Source of the DNA: Octopus sinensis
Taxonomy: Eukaryota
Reading direction: 5' to 3'
Length of the DNA stretch: 64,000 nucleotides
NCBI RefSeq assembly: GCF_006345805.1
Contig: NC_043002.1
Span: forward strand, 62,682,001-62,746,000
The notes below the pieces were generated by a model. It had not been told where the DNA came from, did not search any database, and worked only from the letters and a program-made list of their open reading frames with translations. Positions 25,338 through 39,094 of the stretch are shown in pieces (positions within the stretch are counted from its first letter, which is position 1; each line of letters opens with the position of its first letter). The position numbers and the translations under genes were made by a program.

Positions 25338-25451
25338 TAGATATATATGCATATATGAATATTTTACAAAATATAAAATATAGTTATATCTTGAGTGACA
25401 ACAACGCTCAAGATATACAACGGACTGGAAATAGAAGTGCTCTAATGAGCT

Positions 25452-26617
25452 GTATACACTTTTTTTATCCGAGGGGAGGCAATGCGAGCAACAACCACAG
25501 GAATATCACAAAATCCACAGAAAGACCAAGCACATACAAATCTTCATATACTCATTTATATCTATAAAGCCCGACATTTAAAAATTTAGTAATACATAAA
25601 TATTTCATATAAACATATAAATTAACAACCTTGAATTTATGCTTAAAAATATTTAGTATAAATTTGTTACAATAAGAGAAATAAATCTAATAATAATAAT
25701 GAATAAAAATAAAGCATACAAGGCATATTAAAAGACGAATTAAAATTCTGGAGAAATGTACATAGAAGATAATTATACAAGTTTACACAAATATAAATTT
25801 ACAAAGATACACAGAAGTCCATCAGTTTCGGAGACGCGCCAATTAATATTAGACATATCATATACTTAAAATTGGCACTCCCCTCATCAGAATGTCCTAT
25901 ACATACAACACATAGTAAACGTGAACAAATACACAATCACATACCGGCTATATTCAGAACCGAGACATTAGGTACTCCCAGAAATTTTTCTCGATCCTGA
26001 ATGCTATTTTACACGCATATAATTCGGCCAGAAGCCATAGTAAATGGTATTCACACAGCGCCATCTCGACCATTTCACTTCTGCACTTATTTTATTTTAT
26101 TTTATTTCAATCTTATGAATCCTCACATATATGCAAAGCCACATATTCGGGTTCAAGTCCTTGACACATTTTATACTAATAGCTATTTTTTTCTTTTAAT
26201 AATTACATTACTTTAGTTTTATTTCATTTACTACTTACTATACTTACTAAATTTAATTCAATTGTTATTGCTTAGCTCTAACTTTTATTGCTAGTTCTAT
26301 TTCTATATTTCTTATGGAACGTCGAGGGGATCTTATGCGTACACGCTGGTATTGCATCAGTGAACTTATTTAACAAATTTATACTAAATTTATTTAACAA
26401 ATATATACTAAATGTTTTAAGCGTAGATTGATGGTGTTATATGCATAATTTATATTTTTATATGAAATATTTATATATTACTAAATTTTTAAATTTTGGG
26501 CTTTATAGATATAAATGAGTATATGAAGATTTGTATGTGTTTGGTCTCTCTGTGGATTTTGTGATGTTCCTGTGGTTGTTGCTCGCATTGCCTCCCCTCG
26601 GATAAAAAAAGTGTATA
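25452..26617. mobile_element. (TA)n-flanked fold-back element with ~225-bp inverted arms and an internal hammerhead-like core
   Basis: 25452-25676 is the reverse complement of ~26365-26617 (e.g. tatccgaggggaggcaatgcgagcaacaaccacagg). Minus-strand CTGATGA-14-bp stem-GAAA at 25826-25890. Confidence 0.85.
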
Positions 26618-26713
26618 TGAATATTTTATACATTTAATATATATGTACCTATATGCGTGTGTGTATATGTATATGTATAAATATATGTATATATATATAA
26701 ATATATACATGTA

Positions 26714-26776
<63 letters not shown>

Positions 26777-26855
26777 ATATATATATATATGCATATATTT
26801 ATATATATATGTATATATATATATATTTATATATGTGTGTGTGCATTTATATATA

Positions 26856-26983
26856 GGCGCAGGATTAGCCGTGTAGTAAGAAGCCTGTTTCTGGTTCTGG
26901 TTTCAGTCCCACTGCATGGAATCTTGGGCAAGTGTCTTCTTGTGAGCGAATTTGGGAGTCGGAAGCTGAAAGAACCCCGTCGT
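26856..26983 (+). mobile_element. SINE family A 5' fragment with internal deletions
   Basis: ggcgcagga...cagtcccactgc...cttgggcaagtgtcttct. Confidence 0.75.
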
Positions 26984-26996
26984 GTATATATGCGTA

Positions 26997-27032
<36 letters not shown>

Positions 27033-27391
27033 CACACACACACACATATATATATATATATGCATATGTATATATATGTATGCATGTATGTATGTGTATA
27101 TATGTATATATATATATATGCAAGGAGAGGGAGAGAAAGACTAATAGACAGATAGAGTGAGAGAGAAGAGGAAGTTTTTGGAAGAATTCTAACACTAGAT
27201 GGCAAAACCAAATCAATGAAAGCTACAACAAATGTCTCGCTGCCCGTCTAATATAGCAAATAATAAAACCATAGAAACAAACAAATGCTATATAGCTTGA
27301 ATTAACTATTCTTTATATTCATGTATAAAAAAAATATATCTATTCAATAGTATTAGACATAGTTGCGTAATATAACCAGGAAATCATCCAA

Positions 27392-27463
<72 letters not shown>

Positions 27464-27675
27464 AACAGATGAACAGCAAGTAAATAAATTGTAAGTAATA
27501 TCTTTTGAGAAGCAATTGCTTGTATTCTTTCGTATGTACGAATTACAAATGGGATGATGGGAAAAATGTTCTCCTCTATCGTCGTAATTTTTATCCATTA
27601 GCTAAGTGATATCTCACTTTCTCAGCTCTTTTGTGTGTGGTGGTAGCTTGCATTCAATAGGTATCGTCGTTCCAA

Positions 27676-27717
<42 letters not shown>

Positions 27718-28443
27718 GCCATCTTTCAATTTCGTTTCCATTTCTTGCGGAGTGTCTACCTGACACCTAGTGCAGAGAAACGCACAGCATACATTGGTCG
27801 GCTATTAAAATAAACACACCAGATTGTTCATTCGCAAAGTCATGTGATAGAAAAAAGGGGAAGAAAAACTGAGAAAAAAATAAGAAGAAAAAATGTAAAC
27901 AAAGTAAATAAATGGGAAAAAGAAAGAAAATTCACAACGTCAATTCTTATCTCAATACGTATGACTTTGCAGTAAAGACAATCTTTTGCACTTCCTGTAT
28001 GGATGGTAATCCAGAGATCATTCTTAAATAATTTTTAGTTCCTTTTTTGATCATTCCGAGTGCTCCTTATATAACTGGTATAGTAACAGTCTTGAGATGC
28101 CACATCTTTTCGATTTCGATTAGCAAATCTTTATATTTTCTGAGCTTATCAAATTATTTTGCCGAGATATTATAGTCACAGGGAAAGCTCATATCAATCA
28201 ATAAACAGACTTTATTGTTTTGGTCATTTACAACAATACCTGATTTATTTGCTTTGAGGGTCCGGTCTGTACATACTGGGAAATCTCAAAGAGTCGTTAC
28301 ATTTTCTCCCTCAGTTACAGCCTCAGGATGGTGCTTCTACCATTTGTCAGCAGTTTTGATTTTATACTGCCGACACATTATCCAATGTAGACATTGGCCA
28401 ACTCTGTCTTGTCTTGATTTGTACTCTATAGGTGCTAAAACCT
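27718..28443 (-). mobile_element. 3' part of an R4/Dong-type non-LTR retrotransposon (REL endonuclease)
   Basis: Minus strand reads YKSRQDRVGQCLHW...TDRTLKANK..I..CLLIDMSFPCD...KLRKYKDLLIEIEKMW..TIPVI.GALG, matching the RHD/PD..D/K..KY/GALG motifs. Stops present; flanked by (TAA)n. Confidence 0.85.
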
Positions 28444-28493
28444 GTATCAATCAGTATTTATTTATTTACAAATCTTATAGGGCTCTCATTGCA

Positions 28494-28523
<30 letters not shown>

Positions 28524-28524
<1 letters not shown>

Positions 28525-29080
28525 GAGTGAGAGAGCAGTGCATGCCATCAAACTGACACTGGGGTTAAATATACGAAGCCCAGTATATCCATCATGACTA
28601 CCCGTCTGATAAGGGTACTCTAGGCTCATGCATCACAACCATGTGTGCACGACATGGTGATCTCATATCAAGATAAACAGCACATGACCCAGTTGGGGGC
28701 CCAGTTAGAATTTTCTTCTGCTCGAGTAAGCCATCCTGCTCAAAAGGTCCCTGAATAAGGGTTGTTTAAGGATGTTGAACGAACCACCCATGTTTTCAGA
28801 GGTGAATTATTCAAACCCCAAAGAATCCCTCACAACACATGGCTATGATGCTTCCCCACTACTTCTGCTCGTGATCAGAGATGCCAATATCATCAGCCAC
28901 TAAGGGACATGCTCAACTGGTTATGGTCAAACAACTAACAAGCAAATCTGTGGTATTAAGCAGAATATTTGCTGTAGCCCATCTTTTATACCAAGACAAA
29001 TCAATGTACATGATAACTCTTCCAATCAGTTAAGATCAGAAGCCATGAGAGCCACTGCCTGATACTGCATCAGGGCATTT
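28524..29080 (-). mobile_element. ~550-bp non-coding (TAA)n-targeted element, copy 1
   Basis: Collinear reverse complement of 44295-44842; both copies are bounded by (TAA)n-type runs. Confidence 0.9.
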
Positions 29081-29142
29081 ATTATATTTATTATATTTAT
29101 ATTTCTTCTTCTTCTTCTTCTTCTTCTTATTATTATTATTAA

Positions 29143-29313
29143 TATTTGTTGTCTTTGCACAGTTTCTAACGCTGGAGATGTACTACAGTGGCAGCTGTTC
29201 ACTACCAGTGAACTAAGGTAACATCTCTTAATTTTCGAACACCCTCCGGAGTATTCGAGCAGTTCCAAGCAGTACTTTTTCTGCAAGTGCTCCACCCTTA
29301 TTGCAGCCCCTAT
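29143..29313 (-). mobile_element. extreme 3' end of a second R4/Dong-type family
   Basis: IGAAIRVEHLQK..LLGTARILRRVFEN* with a frameshift; flanked by (TAA)n. Confidence 0.75.
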
Positions 29314-29332
29314 AATAATAATAATAATAATA

Positions 29333-29389
<57 letters not shown>

Positions 29390-29405
29390 GTTATTGTTGT
29401 TGTTG

Positions 29406-29436
<31 letters not shown>

Positions 29437-29980
29437 CATTATTATTATTATCATCATCATCATAGTGCTAATATCTCTAAATTTTCGGTTTATGTCTAAA
29501 TGGTGCTTGTTGATTTTTACCTGTCTAAGACGATTCTTAGAACCGGTATGCTTGTAGCCACGAGAGACAATACTGATCGATTTATGGATTAAAAATGGAT
29601 GATGGATTCTGTGTAAGCAGTTCGAAGTCAGTGCTGTTCATTTTGACGCATTATTTCCCTTCATTTAGGCTCACATTTCCATGAATACACAAGCTTATAG
29701 AGTTGAATACTTCACACCACAGAGTTCGTATCGCAAAACATTATGTAGGGTAAACGTAAAGGACATTTAAAGGTGGACTTAAACGACATAATTATTACTT
29801 TCGATACTCAGATAAACGTAACCTGCATATCTGCACCCCCGTAAGTGGGGAAAGCGTAGGAAGATGGGATTAAAACCATAGCGACCATACTTTTTAATCT
29901 GTGCCTTTCTTTGTGTGTATACGCACATACATATACATACATACGTTTGTATGTGTGTGTGGTGTGTACACATAATTACA

Positions 29981-30061
<81 letters not shown>

Positions 30062-30750
30062 TGATATGTGTGTTTGCATTTATAACCATATACATGTAGA
30101 GAGAATTATGTTACAATTATACATACATACACACACGGGCATTTATTATACGACGTTCTTTCGTACACTCGTATAATGATTTATATATGTACATATTTGT
30201 ATACATATCCCTGTAAATATGTGTGTGTATTTGCGTGTGCGAACTAATATATTGTTATATCCATGTATGCATATGTGTTATTTAACGTATGAATTATGTG
30301 TGCATGTATAACGACGTTATAGAATATTTATGTTATTTGAATAAAACTGGTAATCAAAACGGCATATATTCTAAGACGATTGCAGCATAAGGAGTGGTTA
30401 TCCATTCTTCACAAACACGGATCCTTCCAAAGCACAGCAGGTGACAGGAAATGAACGAAGAATATAACATAGCAAAGAATAATCAAACAAAACAGAACAA
30501 TAATACATTAAACAAGGAAACAAAGAGATGATATCGAAATTATAACATGAAAATAAAAGCCATGTTGTTGCATACACATTGGTTCATAACATTTTCATTA
30601 ACTGCCTTTGCTCTGGTATCCTCACAGCTATAGCAGTGATGTTCCGATGTATGGCAATATGGTGGATGATTGAAAACATAAGAAAAAGCACAAGCTAAAA
30701 GTAAAACCCATACAAGCTAAAGCGAAACGCACTCGCGCACATACACATAT

Positions 30751-30818
<68 letters not shown>

Positions 30819-30951
30819 TATATATATATGTCATAAATATACGTATATATAGTATATACGTATATATATATATATGTATACATATATCTATATAAATATA
30901 TATGTATATATGTTATATATATGTACGTATATGTATGTATATATATCTATA

Positions 30952-30989
<38 letters not shown>

Positions 30990-31571
30990 TATAATAATAT
31001 ATATATGTATATATATATATACATATATTTATATAAATATATATGTATATGTATATATGTTTATATATATATTATATAAATAAATATGTAGATATGTTTA
31101 TATATATTTATATATATATATATGTTTATATATATATATATTTTTTTACATGTATATATATGAGTATGTGCACGGAAAATTATATATGTGTGCATTTTGT
31201 GAGTGTATGTATGTGTGTTTACGAACATTTTAGATGAGTATTGTACTGGCTGTATAATAACAACAAAGAAAAATGCCGCGATGCTCACAGCATCATCCAA
31301 CTGCATTACATCACATCATCACGAACAATAGCAACGACAACAACATTAACAGCAGTAGGAGCATAAAGAACATCAACAACAAATATAACTACAACGAAGT
31401 ATAGAAATATTCCAGTGATAAGAGCAACGTCTCCCAACAACGGCAAGGTTATTCGACATATTTTGTTGATAATGTAATAAGACGAAAGGAAAGGATTACT
31501 TATATCTGAAGAACATAAATAATCCACACATTGACCATATATACACACAGACACATTTACAGAGAGAGAGC

Positions 31572-31610
<39 letters not shown>

Positions 31611-31744
31611 TGGAGGGGAGGGAGGAGGAGGGGGACTGACTGAGGGAAAGTGCAAGATAGTTATAGCATCGAATTTTCATTACAGCTGCGTATCTGACTA
31701 TATATATGTGAATATATATATGATTTTTACATATATGTATGTAT

Positions 31745-31759
31745 ATCTATCTATGTTTC

Positions 31760-31825
<66 letters not shown>

Positions 31826-31828
31826 TAC

Positions 31829-31906
<78 letters not shown>

Positions 31907-31990
31907 CTCTGTCTGTCTGTCTAGCTATCTGTCTATCTATCTATATCTATCCATCTATCTGTCTGTCTGTCAGTCTATCTATTCATCTAT
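31745..31990. repeat. (ATCT)n microsatellite
   Basis: Direct inspection. Confidence 0.95.
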
Positions 31991-32724
31991 CTCTCTATCT
32001 ATCTATCTTATCTATTTATTTAATAATGATTCGCTACGATTTCAATAAAAATACGTACATTCCTGCTCTACTATTCTTTCTGAATGGTGCTGCACGCACC
32101 TTTCCACGGTTTTTCAACTCCTCTTCAGTGACGTTCTAAACTGTTTCATTCCTCGATACAGTAGCCAAGATGAGCTCCTGAAAAGCAGTCATGAATTATG
32201 CTATCACAATTACCTTTTTTATAAATTTGCATTTTTGAGGGCGCATCATCTATAAAACAATATTTGTGCACAACGCCTTATATTTAAGAACTGGAAACAA
32301 AAACTTCAAATAAGACCAAATCTTAATATAGATGTAAACACATTATCTACATACTGATGATGCATGGAATAAAACGGTAAGGTTGTACTCTGCGTAAATT
32401 GATATTTTTTTTATTAATGACAAGCTGTCAAACGTACAAACATCCAAATAAATTTATTCACTATTGTGCTAGACCACTTCATTTACAAAACGCTGTAAGC
32501 TCCTGACTGGGGAAGCTCTGAGGAGTGGTCAGCCCAATGTTTGAAACGACTGTCAGGAGACTCCAATACTTTATTTGTATACACTGATAGTATAGAAAGA
32601 ATGTATATACATTCGTATTCAGTCCGTTTATAATTTACTAACGCTTATGTGTAAATGTATTTCATTTCTGATTTACGCTGTTTTATGCATAAAACGATAA
32701 AGACCCGCTTTGGTCAGGAATGAC

Positions 32725-33026
32725 CAGAAGTTCCCCGCCGAGGCACAAGCCCGAGAAAGGTTACTTGTGGAAGACCAGCAGTCACTCATGCATACCAGCC
32801 TCATGTATCTCTCCACTGCACCGATGTTATGCAAGGGAAAGGCAAAGAGGCCGATGCAGCTTGTCACCAGTGACGTGGCAATTCATTTCTACAGTTCACT
32901 GAACTGGAGCAACATGAAATAAAGTCTCTTTCTCAAGAAAACAACATACAGCCCAGTTCGAGTAACGAACTCACAACCAAATAATGGTGAGCCTGACGTT
33001 CTTACCACTGAGCCATGCACCTTCAC
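32725..33026 (-). mobile_element. tRNA-derived SINE family E (CORE-like centre)
   Basis: Minus-strand head gaaggtgcatggctcagtggtaaga, B-box-like gagttcgttact, core ttcatgttgctccagttca. Confidence 0.7.
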
Positions 33027-33203
33027 CATAAATATAGCATAAATACTGCATAAATAGATATTGTTCATGTATATTGTGTGCTATTATGGTTAACAAACAT
33101 TGTAGCATGTGCCCTTTTCCTTAACTGATTGTGGAAGGATGTGTACTGAGATTGGTGACCTTAACATTACTTCGAACAAATGTAATATAATACAAACAAG
33201 AAC

Positions 33204-33241
<38 letters not shown>

Positions 33242-33599
33242 GAGAGAAGGGGGGACTGAAAGCAGATCTGTAAACATTCGCAAATCAAATTATAAATGCA
33301 TAAATTGTTGGTTTCTTTTACATTAACAAATATCAACAGTAGGACGAAATAACATTTAATGATACCCTCTCTATCTCACTGACACCCACCCACATACATA
33401 CACATACATATATATGTGTGTGTGTGTGTGTGTGTGCGTGTGCGTGTGTATATATTGAAGTACACTGCATTCTTTTATCTGCTTTTACTTTTTCCGGAAT
33501 TTTCTTACAGAGCATAACCAAACTCGTTACGTAAAATCCACAGGCTCTATACCAATGTTATCCTTTTGCACTTAACTTTTTAAAACTCTTTGCGTCCTT

Positions 33600-34090
33600 T
33601 ATCAACAGTGTTTTCTTTAGATACCACGTTCTGTTTTTTCGTGTCTGTTCCCTTCAGTCTCGAATCCACTACTTCCTCCTCTTCTTCTAACCTTCTCATA
33701 TAAAATAGCTTAAACCAACAGACGATCCTCGCACACGGAACTACACTGCCATGTCCAAACCTATGCACTTACACCCCAACCCCAAAGTAAACCACACAAA
33801 TCTATAAAGCCACAAACACACACCTCCCCAATACCTCTCTGTATACATGAACGCAAAACACGTCTCTTACTCCTTTTCTAAATGCCATCTTGGAACTTCT
33901 TTCTTACCTGGCTCTAATTCCTGCACTTCATCCTCTCAGGTTCTTTCTTCATTCATTCACTTCTTTAATCTTTCCTTTTCTGTTTTTCTACTGATGAAGG
34001 TCAAGCTTGAGAAACGTCAAGACTCTCTTGGTTAGGCAAATACAATATTTCTCTGTAGTTACCTCCGTATGTTGCCGCCTCTTTCGCCTC
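33600..34090 (+). mobile_element. degraded Penelope-like 3' end
   Basis: HLGTSFLPGSNS resembles the LGTLxPxGLN C-terminus of the PLE GIY-YIG domain, followed by a pyrimidine-rich UTR and a hammerhead motif. Confidence 0.45.
33986..34023 (+). ncRNA. minimal hammerhead-like motif (PLE type, extra A)
   Basis: tcta CTGATGA a ggtcaagcttga GAAA cg TC aaga. Intact core and GUC triplet; stems I and II imperfect. Confidence 0.5.
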
Positions 34091-35358
34091 ATTAACTCTT
34101 TCATGTTTGTATACATACACACATACGCACAGACGCACACACACACACACAAACGCGCGCATACACACACACACACACACGCACACAAACACACATAACA
34201 GCAACAAGTACATAGAAGTCAGATATAAATGGTTTAATTTGCATATATTTTGCTTCCCTTTTAACAGATAACTCCTAAATAGATTAGGAAACTGAACATT
34301 GTGTTTTTTTATAAATCACTCATAAATAACACACTTACCTCCCTTTATAGCTCCCGCATATTGTGTTTAATTATAGGAAATTTGGTTAGTCACCCTCCTT
34401 TCAGGCTGTTAAGTTCTGTCACTGGATACAGTTATTCCATTTATAATTCTTCAGTAAACATGAAGAACACAATCGAAAGTTATTTCCAATTAATCCGCCG
34501 TATGGAGTTTTCTTCTTTTATTTATTTAATTTCAAAATGATCAGTTTTATTACTAACACAGTATTATCTTTACGTGTTTTTTTCCGAACCCTATTTCCCA
34601 CATTTAACTAAATAAAAGATCTTGTCGCAGTGTTGTTTAAATTGTTTTAAATTCCTATATTTTTCTATGATATTCAGGTACACAGAAGAATGCCCAAATA
34701 GCACAAATGGACACATGATGGAATAACTATTTTCGTTGTGAGACAGATGACCATCTTCACATTTCGTGCAGGAACTATTAGTTATTATTTGCCAACGCAG
34801 ACCACGGATTTTAATACTTAACTTCAGTGAGCAAATCGCTTCCTGGCAAGTGTTTGAGCGTATTCTTGCCAACAAAGTTTCTCCGTTCTATTGCAAGACA
34901 ATATGATTTATCAATTGCGCAATTTTACGAATATAAATATCAATTGCCTTGTATGTAATGTCAAAAACTGGTAAGAATACCAGACTAATATGTCACAAAC
35001 TAGCGCTATTCCATTATTTAGAATTCACGAAGATTTAGAGAGCAAATCGGATATAGTTGAAGCGTATCTTTGCTTGTATGTCGGTAGAGTTTACTGTTTT
35101 AAGAGTCCTCAATCATAACGAATTGTGATTGAAATATCCTTTTTATTCCACGTTTTGAATCTATCATCCGTTTTATAAAAGGCGTTATTCTTCCATTCCT
35201 CGATTTCGAATGAGAAACTTCTCATCATGGAGAAGGAAAATATTTGTTAATGGAGACGTATATAGAGGCATACATCCATACATATTATATGGATATAAGT
35301 TTATGTATATACGCAAACACATATAGAGGTACATGCTTGTTAGTATGTATGTATATAT

Positions 35359-35398
<40 letters not shown>

Positions 35399-36329
35399 CG
35401 TATTTTTGAGGATAATGTAAATCTGCCTTGATAATTTTGTAGACGTATATTCGTGTGCATGTTTGTGTGTGCACGTTTTTTGTGAGCTTGTGTGGTGTGT
35501 ATATACACGCGAATATGTATGTACAAACACGTTCACACATATAGAGATGAATGCATGTGTATGTCGCAGGACATTTGTAAGTGCATTTGAAATATACAAC
35601 AACGTCAAAACTAATATGTGTATATATGTTTGCATGTATGTATGAATGCAAATATGTATATATGTGTGGGCTTAAATTTGCGGGGAAAATAATGATAAAA
35701 TAGATTTACATGAGGATGATAAAAGTACGAGAGAAATTGAGAATAGGAGATAAAGATGAACTCTGTAAGATTGATGGGGTGGTGAGGATTAATAACAATA
35801 GAGGAGAGAATAGTGAGAGAAAGAGTATCTGAGAGAGGAAGAGTAAGCGACAGAGAAATAAAGACAGAGGTATGAGATTGTCAGATTGCAAAGACCAACA
35901 AATGTTTACAAAGAAATATTTTAAAATAAAGTGATAGATAGATAGTGATCACATGGCATAGTAGGTGAGACATATAGAGATAAATAGATGGAGGGATGGA
36001 CGTGAGAGAGAGAAGGGTAAAAAATGTGATGCAGTGATATGTAATTGATTCAAAATATTTGTGTGTGTTTGTGCATGTGTAAAATGGGGGAACTGCAGAG
36101 TGAAGGTAACTAAACAAGTTTTGTAAAAATGTGACAGGAGCTGAAAAGGAGTGAGAGACAAAAAGACATGTAAACGAATAGAAAACAGAGAGGGAGAATG
36201 GAAGGAGAGAAAGCGAAACGAGAGAGAGAGAGAGAGAATGAGAGAGCAAGGACTCATAGAATGATAAGTTACATTAACTAACAATTTATAGGAGAGAGAA
36301 AGACACACTAAGTTTACACACATACACAC

Positions 36330-36400
<71 letters not shown>

Positions 36401-37657
36401 GAGAGAGAGAGAAAGAGAGAGAGAGAGAAAGAGAGAGGGGTAGGGTGTGACCTATAAAGTGGGAAACATATATAAAGTGAACAAGAAATAAAATGCTGGA
36501 AAGTGAAACGGAGATAGGTAAATAGTTTACAACAAATCTACTGAATAAGGATAAACATGAAAGAAAGTGAAAGTACATTTCAAAATGGAAGCTGAATAAG
36601 AAGCAACGACGAAACATATATTTTTCATGCTACAAGCAAGTTATAAAGGTTAAAGTTCGATTCCAAATAGTATTTTCTAGGTGTACTTGTGGAAGAAATA
36701 GGATAGTAAAAACCGAATATATATGTGTATGCATATATATATATATATTATATATATATATATATGACAGTTAAGCGAAGACACAATTTTCACAGAATGA
36801 TTCAGTTTGTTAAAAAGATTCCAATATTCTCGTCTATTTTCGCCAAGAAGAGTAGGAATTTAAAGGAGAAGAGGAAAAAGAAATTGTCTTCTATATATCT
36901 TACTTATAGCAGAAAGTAATTTCTGGAATGCATTCTATGCTTTTAAGAAAATTAGCTGAAGCAGAATGAAATATGTTCTCCAAAACATAACGTCACGCGT
37001 ATATCATACACACACATATGTATATTCCAATTTGCATGTGTACGTATATATTTCAATTTGCGTTTATATATATATATATAATATATATATATATATACAC
37101 ACACACAAATGGAAATATATGGATATGAGTGTAGTCTGTAATATTTTGTGATTTAGTTCATTGATACTCGGAGTTTTATACACTTAAGATAGGACTGTGA
37201 TTACTTGGCTAACATATAAAAATTTCTACTAAGTATAGATATGCTCACTCTGCTTGTAATCATGTACATTTGTTGTTTCGTTTGCAGACAGAACCGCATT
37301 TGTGTGGGAATGTAAATATGAATGAACGTGTGTACGCATGTATACACACATACGTGTGTGTGTGTCTCTCTCTGTGTCTATTACCTGTTGCATATTGATC
37401 TGCATATCTATCTATCGATCGATCGATTGTTCGATCTATATACATACATATTTATATATGAATAGACAGACAGGCAGAGAGACAGATAGAAAAATACATA
37501 GATAGTTACATTGAATGATAGATAGTTAGGTAGATAGATAAATAGATCAATATACAAGTATGGAGCACGCACACACACCCATATACACACATACACACAA
37601 ATACATAATTATACGAGAAGCGTATTTGAACAAAAGTGATTAATAAATGTATATAAT

Positions 37658-37737
37658 GGCGGTGCCACAGCGAATGGCGGTGCCCCAGCATGCCCACAGC
37701 TCGTGAGCTGAAACTAGATAAAATATAAAATATAAAT
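37658..37737 (+). mobile_element. isolated 3' tail of a CR1-type LINE or SINE
   Basis: ggcggtgccccagcatgcccacagctcgtgagctgaaac plus (ataaaat)n; same motif as 42016-42054. Confidence 0.75.
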
Positions 37738-38031
37738 ATATATGGTAAATACAGGAGATTAATTTTTGTTCTATTGAAAGGGTCTTCTCTTCCAGAGAGG
37801 GTAGACCAAGCGCTTGGGGGCAATAGTTAATGGCTTCAAATTTGAATCGCGTGAACCAAGACTCTCCAAAACTCACATTCTATAGAGATACGCACCATGA
37901 AATGTAAGCATGTATTTATGCAAATGCATGCATCTATGTATGCAAGTATATGCATTTATTTAAGTATACCCGCATGCATGTACATATACACATATTTTAT
38001 ATCCGAATGTATTATATATACAAACACATAC

Positions 38032-38096
<65 letters not shown>

Positions 38097-38324
38097 TATA
38101 TATATATATACGTGTGTGTGTAGGGCTGCTTGGCAACTTAACGAGGATAAACTTACATAAGATATATCTTCGTCATAATAAAGCAGGCACAACCGTATAA
38201 TATCCTTGCCAGGAGATGCAAACTCTGCTCCGAAGAATTTCTGTCTAATTTGTGAAACACTGAGAAGATTATTAATAGGATTTCTGAAAGACTGAAGAGG
38301 CTTACATGCTTATAGATGCACTTT

Positions 38325-38455
38325 AATAATAATAATAATAATAATTGTGTACAGTGCTCAGGTGCACTACAACTCATCTAAAGTGTATATATAATCAGGT
38401 GTAGTTTCGGCGGATTTCGGAAAGCATGAGGGCCTTAAAAGATGCAGTGAAAATG
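38325..38455 (-). mobile_element. short LINE-like 3' end with (TTA)n tail
   Basis: Minus strand reads TASFKALMLSEIRRNYT*, a short UTR and a (TTA)n tail. Clade not determined. Confidence 0.45.
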
Positions 38456-39094
38456 GATTTGAGTAATCGTTAACTTAATTAATAACCATAATTTACATCA
38501 CGATATGGATGAATTAATTGTAATCTATCCATTCTTATCAATACAAAGCGTCTATTCAATTCGCTGTGTGAGTGTATGTGCGACAAAACACCCGCGTGTG
38601 GATGTTTATATCTTCGTGTAAGTTTACACGAGTGAGTGTATATGCACTATACAAACTACGCGAGGTCGTTTATACAACCATATCTGCTAACGGTTATATT
38701 TGATACTTTGTTTCGCTGTATTGTGTATTTGTTTCTTTTCACATCTGATTTTTATTGATCTTCTATGATAATGAATCTGTATCTCTTAATTTGCCCCTTT
38801 CGTATACACATACCGAGAAGAAAGCTTGTGGAACAAGCGTTATTCTAACGTGATACATCTGGTAATCCCTTAAAGAGACACATCTACACCGACGGATTCC
38901 CCTAAACCAGTTGCTCTGTATCTCACCCGCAAGGGATGGATGGTAGATGAGTCGAAACAATTGAAGTGATCAATGAACATTTTCGTAACTTCCATATTCC
39001 ATCTTTCACATTAATCAAATAACTAACAAATACCATGAAAGTGCACGTGTTTTACCCATAATCTACCAGGTGTATACCTTAGATTTATTATTTA

